Shown here one piece after another: positions 1 through 16,530 of a stretch of DNA of 64,000 nucleotides; the stretch's first letter is position 1; every line of letters starts with the position of its first letter. The notes below the pieces were generated by a model. It was not told the DNA's origin. It saw nothing but the letters and a program-made list of their open reading frames with translations, and searched no databases. The stretch is from Lama guanicoe (lineage: Eukaryota), in assembly GCA_013239625.1 (NCBI GenBank), contig MU054391.1:6841824-6905823 (forward strand), written 5' to 3'. Position numbers and translations under genes: made by a program.

Positions 1-3963
<3,963 letters not shown>

Positions 3964-4109
3964 TCAGATTCGCGCCGCCCGGTCCGCTCGTCCGCCGCGG
4001 GCTCCCTCAGGACTCCGAGGGTGGGAGCGGGGAAGTGGCGCCGCCACCGCCGGGCCCGGGCTGCCCCCTCCTCTGGGACTTCGGGAAGCTGAAGCCCAGG
4101 CGCGGACAA

Positions 4110-4136
4110 CTACAGCCACCGCCAGCTCGCTCCCAT
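4110..4136 (-). other. Candidate uORF in the ROCK2 leader (MGASWRWL*)
   Basis: atcATGG context (A at -3, G at +4), 8 codons then TAG, ~390 nt upstream of the main ATG. Requires the TSS to lie upstream of 4136. Confidence 0.5.
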
Positions 4137-5199
4137 GATCACCGACCGCCGCCTCAGTCCCACAAGCCTGAACCCCTCACACACTCCCGCGCGGCGCCCG
4201 TCTCCGGCCGCGCGCAGCCGCTACCCACAAGCCCCCGGGCCCGCAGCCGCCGGCGCGCCCCCGCTCGCCCCGCCCCGTGCGCGCCCCTGCTCGCCCCGCC
4301 CCGCGCGCGCCCCCGCCCCCGCATGTGGGCCTCCGCCTCCCCTCGCCCCTTTCCTCCTTTTTATTTTTTGCTTCCTCCTGTCTGCTCAGCTTCGCATTTC
4401 TCCTTTTTGAGCCTCCTTCTTTCCCCGCTCCCTCCTCCCTCTTTTTGAGTTCTCAGAGGGTAAATGGTCCGGCGCGCGGTCACCGCCTCACTTGACCCGC
4501 GAGCACCATCCAGCTCGGGGAGGGGAGGGCGCGCCTGGGGCTCGAGTCGGCCGGCGGCTCCGCTCCCGCCTGACCCTGCCGGGGCTGACGACCCCGCCGA
4601 CTCGGAGGTCCACCCCCACCGCCCCATCCGGACGCGGCCGCGCCCGGCTGGCTGGGGCGGGAGGGGGGAGCTGGGGGGGGGTCGGTCCGCGCCCCCCGCC
4701 CCCCGTCCTCCGTCCGGCCCCCGCTGACTCAGCGCGCAGCTATGCGGGCCTTGCATCACCCGCGCCGAAATAATAGCGACCGCCAGTCGCTGCCCTTGGC
4801 TGCAGAACTCTGCGCTTGCAAAGGGCCTGCCTGGGCCTCGAAGATTTTAGTGGAAAGACTGGAAGGGTGTGCCGTGGGAGTCGGAAATGCTGGAAGAGGG
4901 CAGGAGGTTGGAATCCTAGTCCTGGGGCAAGAGGGCCTGGAAGAGCTGGTTCTGCCTCCGAGGCAGAAGTCCTGGACTCCCGAAAACCTTTCTGCTCATC
5001 CCTAACAATTTCCTAGCTGGGCTACAGCACCAACCATGAAGAGAACAGGAAGGCGATAGAAAAAATGCTCTCTCTCCGCAGGCCTTCTCAAGGTCTTTGC
5101 CTTTTGAGGGGCAGAAGAGGGGCTGTTACAGGGTCTGCTCGTCCGCATTCCTGCCTCTCGCCAAGCCATTGGTCGAATCCACGCAGGGCGCAATCTGAA

Positions 5200-5650
5200 A
5201 AATATGTGCAAAGAGCTGTAAAACTGTTCATTGAGCCCCTATGACCCAGTAAACCCATTTAAGGAAATACATTTCTAAGGAAATGATCCAAAGGGGGAAG
5301 GGAGCGGGGGAAGGACTTGCATAAAGATGTTTATAGCAGGGCTATTCAGAATGTTCATAATGACCAAAACCTGGGAATGGACCCAATTGTCCAACAATTG
5401 GGGAATAATCCAAACAAGCCCTGTCACATTAACAGAAGGAATCCTGGCAGGTATGCAGGATTCATGTCAAGCATGTCAAATTTTGGCAAGTACATGAAAA
5501 GATGTATTGGAAATAAGGTTAAGTAAAAAAATACTTTGTACACAGTATCTAAAACTATGTAAAATGAGCAGCTGTAGGGACAGGAAAATATAGTTGTTTT
5601 TAAGTATATGAGATTTGTTTTCTCCTTAAAGATGCTTGAAAACATTAAAA
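5200..5650 (+). mobile_element. Ancient L1 (L1ME-like) 3' fragment
   Basis: tatgacccagtaaacccattt...aaagatgtttatagcag...aattgtccaacaattgggga, typical of the L1 ORF2 end / 3' UTR. Confidence 0.55.
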
Positions 5651-6439
5651 TTTCAAAAATAGAAAAACTTAGACGGTCCATTCCAAAAAGCTACAATCTG
5701 ATACGCATTAAGTAGTAAAAATCTTAAGAAACTTTCCAGCTGGCATATCAGAGATAAGCCCATAGAAGGGCAGCCTAGTTTTAAAGGCCTAACCTCACAG
5801 AACTAGCATTTTAATTCAGTCAGTTTTCCAGGAACCTCATCTTTTGTTTTTTTGTTAAAGCCACCTTCACTGGGACTAGGCAGGAAGAGGTCCTGGAGGA
5901 CCAATACAGCTTTTTCCTCTTGGATAATAACACTGACTCCTGATCAAAGGTCAGTCTTGTAAGTCTGAATGTTGAGTGACTCATTCATACCTCCACAGAC
6001 CACACCAAGAGGACAGAATGAGCTCAACACTCCACCTGCTACTGCACTGGAGCAAAATAATGAGAGCATCTGTTAATACCAATCCTTTTCCCTGATGACA
6101 ATATAATATGCAAAGTAAAAGGGACACCATGTGGTTCTCTGTTTCCAAATTAATTTTTCAATGACTGGCTGTATATTTTTATGGAGCTTGGTGGACTAAC
6201 AGGAAGCCAAGTTCCCAAATACCAGACATGGAAGCTTTACTTAAAACATAACAATAATAATAATAATAATAGTAATAATAATACTCCTCAACTAGATACA
6301 GATAGTGGGCACCTTGTATGTATGGTTATTCACATAGACTAGAATGAGCCACAGTGTAGAAGACTTTTATCCAAGACTATACCATTGTCTATGTGGAAGA
6401 AAAAAAGACTAATCTCTTGATAGGAATTAAACCTTTTTT

Positions 6440-7700
6440 ATTTCTTTTTGGTCAGTACAATAATTCTTATTTTACCAAAGTAGAGCACAAATATAATCTT
6501 ATAAAAGTTCAAACAAGCCAGAAATGTATAAAACATAACCTTGAAAAATTACTCTCCCAAATCTCCCTACACACGCATTCTGTTACCATTCAAGGCCGTT
6601 GTCCATTCTCATACACATACACGTATGTATCTTTTTCCCACATACATGAATTATACAGTGTCACAAGGTTTTGCAACTGATTTTTTCCCCTTTAATAATA
6701 TGTCTCAGAAACATCTCCATGTCTGTATACAGAAATCTACCTCATTCTTTTTAACTGTTGTGCTATACCCTCTAGTGTGGGTGTATCATACTTTCATTTA
6801 CTCTCTGTTAGAGAGCATAGTGGTTAAGAACGGACTCTAGAAACGGATTGAGCTAAAATCCTGCCACTACCACACACTAGCTCTTTCCTCATGTTTGTTA
6901 TAAAGAGCTTAGAAGAGTGCTGGCCCCAGTAAATGTTGGACGTTATTAGTATTTTCTCACTGTCACAAACATTGTTACCATTGACATCCTTCTGTTTTTG
7001 CCTTCATGTGGACATATTTAAATAGTATAGATTCCTAAAAGTGAAATTATTGTATCAAAGAGTAGGCATACTTTAAATAGTGATCGATACTGCCAAACTG
7101 TCCCTTAAAAAGACTATACCAATTTAGGGAGGAGGGTATAGCTCAAGTGGTAGAGTGCATGCCTGAGGTCCTGGGTTCAGCCCCCAGTACCTCCTCTAAA
7201 AATAAGTAAATAGATAAGCCTAATTACCTCCCCCTCATAAAGCAGAAAAAAAAAAAAAGACTATACCAGTTTTCAGTCTCATCATCAGTAGAAGAAACTG
7301 CCAAATTCCCTTTACCTTTGCTGATATTAAATATTATAAATATTTTTAATTTTTTCCAATTTGACGGGCAAACAAAATGGCATCATATTTTAATTTGCAT
7401 TCCCTAAATTACTACTGAAGATGAGCATTTTGTGTTTCTATTTCTTCTGAAATTACCTGTTTATGTCTTTTGTCCATTGGTTTGCCTTTTTCTTACTGAT
7501 TTTTAGCAGCTTTTATTCATTACAGATACTCCTCCTTGTTATAATACAATGTTAAAACAGGTGTTATGATTTGCAATTCTTTTCTTCCAGTCTTTGCTTA
7601 ATATTCAGTATTGGTTTTGGTACCTTTGCCACACACAAAAGTTTTACCTTTTATGAAGTCAAATCTACCAATATTTTCCCTACAGCTTCTGGGTTTTGTG
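6440..7700 (-). mobile_element. Ancient L1 (L1ME-like) fragments interrupted by a MIR (~6810-6950) and a SINE
   Basis: tagattcctaaaagtgaaattatt...ttttaatttgcattccct...tgaagtcaaatctaccaat antisense L1 motifs. Confidence 0.6.
7127..7257 (+). mobile_element. Camelid-type tRNA-derived SINE (Vic-1-like)
   Basis: A box tagctcaagtgg, B-box-like ggttcagccc, A tail; TSD aaagactatacca(a/g)ttt. Confidence 0.9.
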
Positions 7701-7721
7701 TCTAGATTGGGAAAGATTTTA

Positions 7722-7887
7722 TTTTTGAAGACTTAAAAAAATTTTTTTGTCTTTTTTTTGGGGGGCGGTGGGGACAGGTAATTAGGTTTATTTCTTTGTT
7801 TTTAGAGGAAGCACTGGGGATTGAACCCAGGACCTCATGCATGCTAAGCATGCTGTCTACCACTTGAGCTGTACCCTCTCTTCCACC
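7722..7887 (-). mobile_element. Camelid-type tRNA-derived SINE
   Basis: Reverse complement of the same head; TSD tgggaaagatttta. Confidence 0.9.
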
Positions 7888-9807
7888 ACTGGGAAAGATT
7901 TTAAATCCAGTTTTTAGGGCACACAGAGGACTGAAATTGCAGTAAGCTCTAAGGAAATGGCAGTTTCCTGATAGCAAACTCACTACCTCTCCAATGACCC
8001 ATTGAAAGAGACTCTCCCTGTGCTCACTCTTCTCGGAGGGATTTTTGCTGCTCTCTAACCCTGTCCCAGGTTGGCTGCTTCCTTTTTAAAACCTGTCTCT
8101 GACGTGTCCTGAGCACAGGTGGGACAGGTGGCACAAAAACTTTGTTCAGTATTAAGGAAGAATAATGGAGAAATAAACACAGAGGCTCTAGGGCATTTAA
8201 ACAGACCAGCCTGTCAGTATATAAGGCTTTGTTTCTACCGTATTCCTAGCTTGATCTTTGGGACTTAGAAGTTCCACTCCCATTTCACGTGCACTCCGTC
8301 TGTTTCTTTTCTCTGTCTCTTCATTCCTCGCCCATTTATAAGTGGTTGCTTTAACACTTAGAATTGAACATCCACCACCCAGCAACAACTTCCTAGCTCT
8401 CCTGACACTTCACAATCCAAACTGAGAGAACAGGGCTCTCTCTTTGGTCTACTTGAGCCCCATCTATTCTGTTCCAGTTTTTAATTTGTAGGATCGACCT
8501 CTTCCCCAAGAATTAAACCACCCTTCCGATGCAACCTCACCCTCTCCACCCAAAAATAGGACTGTAAAAGTACCATTTTTTTGTCTTTCCATGTGGTACT
8601 TGCAATTACTTGTTTAATGATAGTAATTATTATTATGTATAAGGGCTTACTATGTGCTAGGCAATGTGCTTCAGAGAAATTAACTTACTTCTCAAAACAG
8701 TCTTTTGCTAATGGTTATATTACTATGCCTATTTTCCAGATGATGTAATAAGGACTCAGATATATGATAATAGAATGAATAAATGAATTAATGAATGGGT
8801 AGATAGGTGAAAACAATGACCTCTCAATGGTCTAGGCATTACCAAAACACAGAACTTTTCCCATCTTGCTTCACATCTCAGACCAACTCAAGCTGGCATT
8901 GTAGCAAGATATTTCCGCCCCACATAAGCCAAGATTTAATAACAAAATAAAGGGATGAACTCTCAATACAAAGGCGTCATTATGTTTGTAAACTCCGCTA
9001 CTATAAAGGATGCAGGCTTTAATGGTTTGTGAAATAGAGTTTCAGCCTAAGTTTCATTCATAGTTCTGGTCATAACTCCCAGTATGAATGAGAAAATTGC
9101 TCTACCCCTCTGTGAGTCAGTTTCCTCATATACAAAACAGAAATAATGAAGCTTGGTTGTCATTAAGTCTCCTTAAGATCTCCAGATGAAAGATACTGGA
9201 TGCGTCCAAGACTAATTGTTCACCAGGAAACTGTGAAAATTTTTCGGAGGGGAAAGAGCTAATCCCAGCTCAAAAGTGTACTTGAAAGTAAATGGTAAGT
9301 CACTCCAAAAATACATAAATATATATGTTTGAGAAGAGTGATTCCAAGAAATCTCTGGGATCCTGGAAAGCTCAGCTTTGATTCTGGTCCTGCCAGTTTG
9401 GCAGGAGACTTTGATGTCACATCTGGCGATCTCATTTTCCGCATTAGTGAGATATAAATGGCCCCAGAATGCTCTATATGATTTCCCTGCTCAAAAACCT
9501 TCATTGGATCCTCTGTGATTTTGCATGAAATCCTCAGTCTAGAATCCAGGGCTTTTCTACAAGGTGTTCACAGCCTCCCTTTCCAGATTTCTCTTCCACA
9601 GCTCCTCTACTTTTTCTCAAACTGAACACACTGACTCTTCTCTTCTCTCTTTGGTTAAGCCAGTTTCCACCTAGATGGAATGTAATTCTTCCTTCCCCTC
9701 TCCACCCACCAAGCTTCTAATCATCGTTCCACGAAGACCTTCTGTCCTTGAATGTAAGGCTTGACTTTTCCTAAACTCTGGATCCTCTGTAGCTTTTAAC
9801 AAAATAT

Positions 9808-9995
9808 TTAGCAAGTGCTTGTTTTACATTTATGAAAAGAGCAATATCTTTCTCTTTCAGTGCTTTTAACACCCCCCAAAATGGGTCTGTTATGTGTCCA
9901 GAATAAATTGGCAATTTCCCACCGTTTCCCAACCAGTATGTGAAGAGTACTTTCATACTGTTCCACGCTCCAAATACTTTGGTCCAGCCAACATC
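9808..9995 (-). pseudogene. Candidate 3'-most exon relic
   Basis: ggtttatag acceptor; phase-1 frame open: CWLDQSIWSVEQYESTLHILVGKRWEIANLFWTHNRPIL...TC*. A second frame is also open. Confidence 0.35.
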
Positions 9996-11992
9996 CTATA
10001 AACCATATAGGATGCATTGTTCACAGAGCAGACCGTGCCATCCCCACCTCTGAGCTTTGCTGCTGCCATGCCACCTGCCATATCCTCTGCCTCCCAGTCC
10101 TTCCATCACTGCACACCCTGGAAGTCAGTCTCCTCCTACTCCAAGTTTCCTATGTCCTGCTTTCCTTCTAAATTTAATGTGAATATTGTGCTGGTTCTCG
10201 GCAGATACAAAAAGGAACTGAGTATAAATTCTTCCTATATAGAGTTTGCCATCAAGAGTTGGTGATTGTTTTAACAGGTACTTAGTGTTTAATGACCAAA
10301 TGACTGAATGAACGTATCCATGAAGAAACACAAATAATTGTAATTCAGGAAAGGTTAGTACCCAGAGAAATTCACAGATGAGATGCTAGGAGAACTCAAA
10401 GGATCTTGGAGCAAGAGATATCGTCTAGCAAGGGGGTCAGGAAATGGAGGTGGTATGGGACCTGGGTCCTCGGGATTTGGTTGGGTTTGTAAATGGAAAG
10501 AGAGAACATTTGTCCAAGCAAAACAATACCACAAGTGACAAAGAATAAGGTAAATAAAAGAAAAAATAAGTAAGGACTGAAGAGTAGAGGCATGAGTGGT
10601 TAGAAAGAGAGTGGAGGTAAGTTGGGTCCGAACTAACGTGCTGAGTGATGTCACATAAGCCACTGCTGTCCTCCAGGACTCAGTGTGATCGAAGATGCTG
10701 GCAGAGGGCACCATCCTCAGATTCCGTCATCCTTTGTGGTGGGCATTAGGGGACTTCTCAACAATTATGGGCGTGATAGGGGTGGGACCAGGAAGTCAGC
10801 AGCAGTATGATCAAGCAAAGTGGAAAGAGGCCAGTTTGGGAGATGTTTCGTAATCTACGGGCCACCATTCGTAATTAAGTAGTTTATGAGCCTGAGTAAT
10901 TAAAACTGTACAAAGCTCACAAAGAAAAAATCTGTAGTTAAAGCAGTCAGTCATTAGAATACATGGGTAACACTTAGCATTCATAAAAGCCAGCTTGATT
11001 GTGAAATAAGGAACCACTTTAAACTCCCTGGCCTTTAGAGTGGCACTTTGATAGCTAAGTTGCCTTTATAATATTCCATTTGCTGCTTTGGCCTCTGAAT
11101 GAAGTTGAGGCCTTCATGAAGTGAACACAGAGGAGGTGGGTCCCCCAGGAGTCAGAACTGTGTGGCCAGGAGCATAGATTTGTCAAGGCCACATTTTGGA
11201 CAGGCACTGAGTGATGGGGACTTGCAGTAACTTCATTCCAGAGTCACAGAAACCTCATTCCAGGCCAAGCTCTGTCCCTTTCTAGCTGTGTGACCTCAGA
11301 CAAATTAACTTACCTCCCTGAGCTTCAGCTTCTCCCTGGCGAGGAACAAGCAAGAGAAGGCTCACGCAGCATCCAGCATCCTTAACAGGTTGTCTAGAAG
11401 GGCTGATTCCTCCTCACCTGTCAGAAGCTGACAGGATGCCAGGAATCATCTCTTTCATCAGTTGATTGACTCATTCAAAGAAGATATTTCTGTGCTGGTC
11501 ACACAGTGGTGAATAGCAGAGAAATAATCCCTGTGGGCCCTTATTAGGCTTACGATCTAATGGAAGGGACAGATAGGACACAAGTAACCATAAAAATGAG
11601 TAAGTAATTGCAAGTGTAGTAAGTGGTACAGAGGAAAAACTGTTAAGATGTGAAGAGAATTCTAACAGGAAGTTAGTCCAGATGATGATCTGGGAAAGTT
11701 CACGAGAAAGTAACAATTCTGATGAAATCTAAAAGAACGAAAAAGAGCTGGAGAAACTGGGCTGAGGAGAAGAGGGTGGCCCAGGCTGAGGTCAAGGAGG
11801 AAAGCCTTTTTTTATTTAACCAATAAAGGCATTTCATAACAGACAGGCCTGCAGTTGTACCTTCTGCCCTGTGGTTTATTAAGAATGACACCACCCAGGA
11901 GAGTTACAGGCCCACAACTGGTGGAGAGCAAGCCCTTGTTCTCGCAGAACCCTGACATTGAGTCCTCTCGGGTTTCAAGAGTTTTATTCTAC

Positions 11993-12117
11993 CTGACCAC
12001 ACACTTGATGTTTGCAGCATTCTTTGGGGCCATTTTTCTAAATACTTTCGGTAGTAACTCTTGGAAGCAGGTGAAGCTAAAAGCACCTGGTTGGATAGAT
12101 CCTCGTTCTGATCACCA
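11993..12117 (-). pseudogene. Exon relic
   Basis: cctcttcag acceptor, CAG|GTAGAA donor; open frame GDQNEDLSNQVLLASPASKSYYRKYLEKWPQRMLQTSSVWS. Confidence 0.45.
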
Positions 12118-12169
12118 CTGAAGAGGGGGCCCATTTTTCTCCCTTATCTGAAGCAGTGGAGCCCGTTGG

Positions 12170-12290
12170 GAGAAGCAGAATTTGGACTCATGAGACCTGG
12201 GTTCAGGGTTCAGCACCATTGTCTATGGGCTATGTGACCTTGGGCAAGTCACTTAACCTTGCTGAACTCCACTTCCTCATCTGTGCAAGC
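12170..12290 (+). mobile_element. MIR SINE
   Basis: Core tgtgaccttgggcaagtcacttaacctt...ttcctcatctgt. Confidence 0.8.
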
Positions 12291-12762
12291 TATTCTGCAG
12301 AGTGGATTCTGGTGTTAAAACAATAGGGGAGGGGGATATATAAATATGATCTCAGCCCACATCTGAAGTCTATTTTCTTATATCCTGCCATTCCCAGCTT
12401 GTGTTCTGGGCGTGGAAGAGGAGAGAAAGGGTGACCTCTAGGTGGTTTTGCTAGGCTTCCCCGAGGAAGTGACAAAGATTGACTATTGCATCTAAATACT
12501 GTAAATTTATTTTAAGGTACATAAACATAGATGAGTTTACAAAAAACAAAACAAACAAAACCAAAGCAAGTGATTCTTGCTTTGTGATTTATGATTCTTT
12601 TGCACTTTTCCAGGAAAAAAAAGAAAGAAAAAAATTTATTGTGGCAAGTACCAGAAGCTGAATGCCAATGACCACAGTTTTCAGATCTTTCCATCTCTTG
12701 TTGACATTCTCACTGACGGTGTTTAAACAGGGCTGGGCTGTTTACACACGTTCATTGCTCAC

Positions 12763-13011
12763 CGTAGCCCAGCAGGACCTGTGAGAGAGAGCTGTTCAAA
12801 CTTTGACATATGTCACCCGGGCACCCCAATGACGAGGTGTTAGCCACAAGTCTGAAGGAAGGGGCAAGCTCTGCTTTCAGCTGTTCCACCACAGCCCTCA
12901 AAGAAGCAGTGCTGAGTTTCACAGCCAGAGCGGAGAACTGAGAGCTGAGAGCTGGGAGGAGTTCAGCAGAGCGGAGATGCTCTGGGAGCGAGACACGGGC
13001 TTCATAGCTTT
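12763..13011 (-). pseudogene. Exon relic, 249 nt, phase 1-1, fully open
   Basis: cttccgacaacag acceptor, ACG|GTGAGC donor; SYEARVSLPEHLRSAELLPALSSQFSALAVKLSTASLRAVVEQLKAELAP...LSQVLLGY. Confidence 0.55.
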
Positions 13012-13539
13012 CTGTTGTCGGAAGTGGTGTGAATTCCCAGAGCATCAGAAGCATCAGCGCTCACATATAAGCCACACTCTCGTTCTAGGACAATGATAAG
13101 GTGACTTAGGGCTGGGTGCATCAACACTCCCCTCCAGTGCCTCAGAGAATGAGAAGGGGGCCTCTGAGGCTTACTCCGGGGCGCATCCTATAATGCAATT
13201 CATAGTGGTCCTTAGGGGAGCTCTTGATTTATCAACAAAATGCCTGGAATGCCTATTATGCATCACAGACTAGGACTGTGGAACTTGGAGATGAGTAAGG
13301 CAAGGTCATTGACCTCATGACTTGGGGAGGGAAATGAGACACGTACAGAGCGCTTGTCGAAGGGTTAGTGCTCAGCTTGTTTATTACCTGGACAAAGGGT
13401 TGACTGAATGAGTGAATGAACATAAGGCCATAAATGCAAACAAGCATATGGTACAGAAGACAGCACAGGATTTGGAGTATGAAGGCAGAGTTGACATTCC
13501 AGCTCACCCACATTCCAGCTGGGCGTTAGGCTGGACACT

Positions 13540-13960
13540 TCTACTTGTTTCAAATTCATTGTCCACCCTGCTCTATGTCCCAGGGGCTGACTTCTATGGA
13601 TCGCTTCCCCTGAGCTCCCCACCTTGCCTGTCTTCTGGCTGGGCTTGGCCAAAGGGCATCCCTGGAAAGAGATTGGGAGGGAAAACAGGGTTTCTTCCCC
13701 TCCACCCTGGCTTGTCCTCCAGCAGCAGCTCTGCACCTGACTCCTGCAGCTCCAACACTCACTACATTCCCTTTTCACAGGGATCCAGGAACCCTGGATC
13801 CTCCCCTCACCCCTGTGGCCCTGCATTCTCACTGTTGCTGATGCCTGGGAGCCTCAACATACCTTGCCTTCCTTTCATCCTGTCTACACCTCTGGAAAGA
13901 ATCCCTTCCTAGAAACCACCTGAATCAATTCTGTTTCTTGTTGAGACCCAATTCATTCAG
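13540..13960 (+). mobile_element. ERVL solo LTR (LTR33-like)
   Basis: ccaccctgctctatgtcccaggggctgac...ctggctgggcttggccaaaggg...ttctgtttcttg pattern. Confidence 0.55.
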
Positions 13961-15580
13961 TAAATTAGAACAAGATATGGGCGAGGGGAGCTTAGAGTGT
14001 CAGGTTCTTCCACTTCGAAATGGAAATAATAACAATATTTAATATCTAGCTCCATGCTCAAACACGAGCCCTCAGTAAATACTGGCTGCTTGAATAAATG
14101 AAGGACAGATGGACAGATAGATGGTTGAATGGATGGATGAATACCTATGAAAAATAATGTTAATGTATTAGGTGTGAAAATATTGATTATAATTCTTGTT
14201 ACATGAACAAACATAATAGATAGCATTAACTCTCTTGATATCATAAAATGGGCATGAGTCAAGAATCAGAAGAACAGAGTCTCAGTTTCTCCATTTGTTA
14301 GCTGTGTGATCACAGGCCAATTCTTTTCCCATGCTGTGCCTCTATTTTCTCTTCTAAAAACGAAAAAGTTGAGTTAACGGCCACTATGGGCCATCTAGTT
14401 TGGACAGCCTAAGCATTCCAGAGAAACGTGCAGTAGTTAGAATTGGAGAAGTTTGGGAAGTGCTCAGGGCAGAGGCAGGGACTTGAAATAGAGTGAGAAT
14501 GAGACCAGCAGAAGGACATTCCGGGGAGCAGAGACTGGAGGGATTAAGGGGAGAGACGTCTGTCAATTCTGGTGACCGAGAATAAACATCTGGCCCGAAC
14601 AGATGTTGCTCGTGGGATCTTCAGGAGCCTTGGGCATCAGAGGGAGGAACTAACACTCTAAAAGGAAGGAGTCTGACTTCCTCAAGGCCCCGGAAGCCAG
14701 AGGGGAACTACAATTCTAGTTTCCTCTGCTCAGCCCTTGTGAATTGCCATCAGGGTCCCTGTCTTCATCTCCTGATGAGAGCTGCCTTCCCCTGATTCCT
14801 TTCTTCGAGGAAAAATGTACTGGGCAAGGAAACCATTTGGTAAGGGATTATTTCTGGCCCTGTTCAAACCTTGGCAAAAGACTTGTTCCTGTCATTATCC
14901 TACTTGCATTTTCAAATCTGTTAGTTTGCAGAAAAGTCAAAAGCACAATAATCAGAAGAAAGTGATTTTCAAAAATGATTGCAAAAGTATCAGTCCAGAA
15001 AAAAAATGTAATGGCCCTTGAGCAAGAATATTATCTTAAAGGGTCCTAGACATTAACTCAAAACATTTGGAAAAAATTATAAAAATTAACAAGAAGAAGA
15101 ATCCAAAACTACTGTAAGATACATGGAGTTAGTTGAAAATGCATCTAGCTGTGGAACTTCAGGCACGTTCCCTTCATTCTCGGGTCATCGGTATCCCTGT
15201 AGGTCAAGTAGACCCAAAGATGGGCTCTAGAAGCTTCTCCTGCCCTGGCTCCCAGCTCTCCTTCCCCTCTATTGAGAGCAGCGTTCCTGGGAGGGCACAA
15301 GGGAACTGGCACTGCTTTGGTTTCAGCCTATCTGATCGCCAACTGCTGTGTGGCCCCTCAGGGCACAGGAGCTACGGGACTAAGGCAGGTGCCCAGGACC
15401 TTGTGTGGCTTTGGCCAGAGATAAAGAGGAGTCGTGTGAGCTTGCAGTCAGGCTGGGCCTCTCTGAAGGGGTCATCTAGACATGAGCCAGCCTCACTGCC
15501 AGTGGTGGGGAGAGACTGTCACCTCCAGTGATGCTCCCCAGGATTGCCCCCTGACCAGTGTCCACCCCCACAGGACTCAC

Positions 15581-15730
15581 TTGCAAAATGCTCCTCAGTG
15601 GCTGATGAGATTCTCCAGCCCATAAACATTGGTGACACCCTTTAATTGAGCTGCAGCAGCATGTCCCCAAGAGGCACCCATCCTGGTCCTGCAAGATGCT
15701 CCTTGGAAACCCAGGCTGTAGCTCTTGAGT
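15581..15730 (-). pseudogene. Exon relic, 150 nt symmetric
   Basis: gtgttctccag acceptor, CAA|GTGAGT donor. Frame is ambiguous; one reading with a single stop is LKSYSLGFQGASCRTRMGASWGHAAAAQLKGVTNVYGLENLISH*GAFC. Confidence 0.55.
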
Positions 15731-16388
15731 CTGGAGAACACAGCCTGCTGTGTCTCACTTCCTCTTGCAGGGTCCCAGCCCACCAAGAAGTCCCCAAAGA
15801 AAGAGATCCATTCAGGCGCATCACACCCAGTCTGGTCCCAGGTAACTTCAGCCCCATGATGCCTCTTTCCACCCTAAAGTCCAATGCCATTGAATTATTA
15901 ATCGATAGTTGACCATTCTTACATGTGAATGTTGCAAAAATATAAACTTAAAGAAAGAAAAGAATTGTAAGGATCTCAAGCAGGATCCTTAACCTGAAGG
16001 GTCCTAGATTTCAGTTCAAAAGCACTTGAAAAGTTAAATCATACTAATTATTCTCTCATATTTTGATCCATAAACTATGCATTTCCCGCCTCCAGGCCTT
16101 TGCGCGTGCTGTCCCTTCAATCTGGAAAACTTTCCCCCCTTATTTACTTATGCAAAGCCTTTTCATCTTTCAAAGCTTTCTTCAAACACCACCTCTTCTG
16201 TGAACCTTCCCCAAATTCCATACTAAGAATTTGTTACTCATTACCCTGTGTTCTCACAGTGCTTTTCATGAGCTTCTGTTAAAGTACTTTTCTTGACAGT
16301 TATGTAGAAGAGCAATCATTTATTGGCACCCCTCTGTGCCAGTATTGGGTTGTGTCCAAGAGGAATACTGGTTAAAGAAAAAAATAAA

Positions 16389-16530
16389 GGAGGGATGGTG
16401 TAGCTCGAGTGGTAGAGCTCATGGTTGGTGTGTACGAGGCCCTGAGTTAAATACCCAGTACCTCCTCCAAATATAAATAAATAAGCCAAATTACCTCCCC
16501 CTCATAAAAAAAATAAAACAAAACAAAAAA
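16389..16530 (+). mobile_element. Camelid-type tRNA-derived SINE
   Basis: tagctcgagtggtagag...cccagtacctcctcc...aattacctccccc plus A tail. Confidence 0.85.

Noticed and set aside
7127..7200. tRNA-like sequences here and at other SINE heads
   Set aside because: They have A/B boxes but also AT-rich tails and TSDs and no intact cloverleaf, so they are SINEs, not tRNA genes.
12860..13097. Plus-strand peptide SWEEFSRAEMLWERDTGFIAFCCRKWC, reminiscent of Mab-21/cGAS motifs
   Set aside because: W-to-FS spacing differs from the WxxSFS motif, there is no other Mab-21 segment nearby, and the opposite strand has a fully open exon with splice sites.
14690..14729. CCGGAAG plus ACTACAATTCTAG (ETS and ZNF143-like) as a second promoter
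   Set aside because: Imperfect motif and no CpG island; it may fall inside another relic exon starting at 14917.
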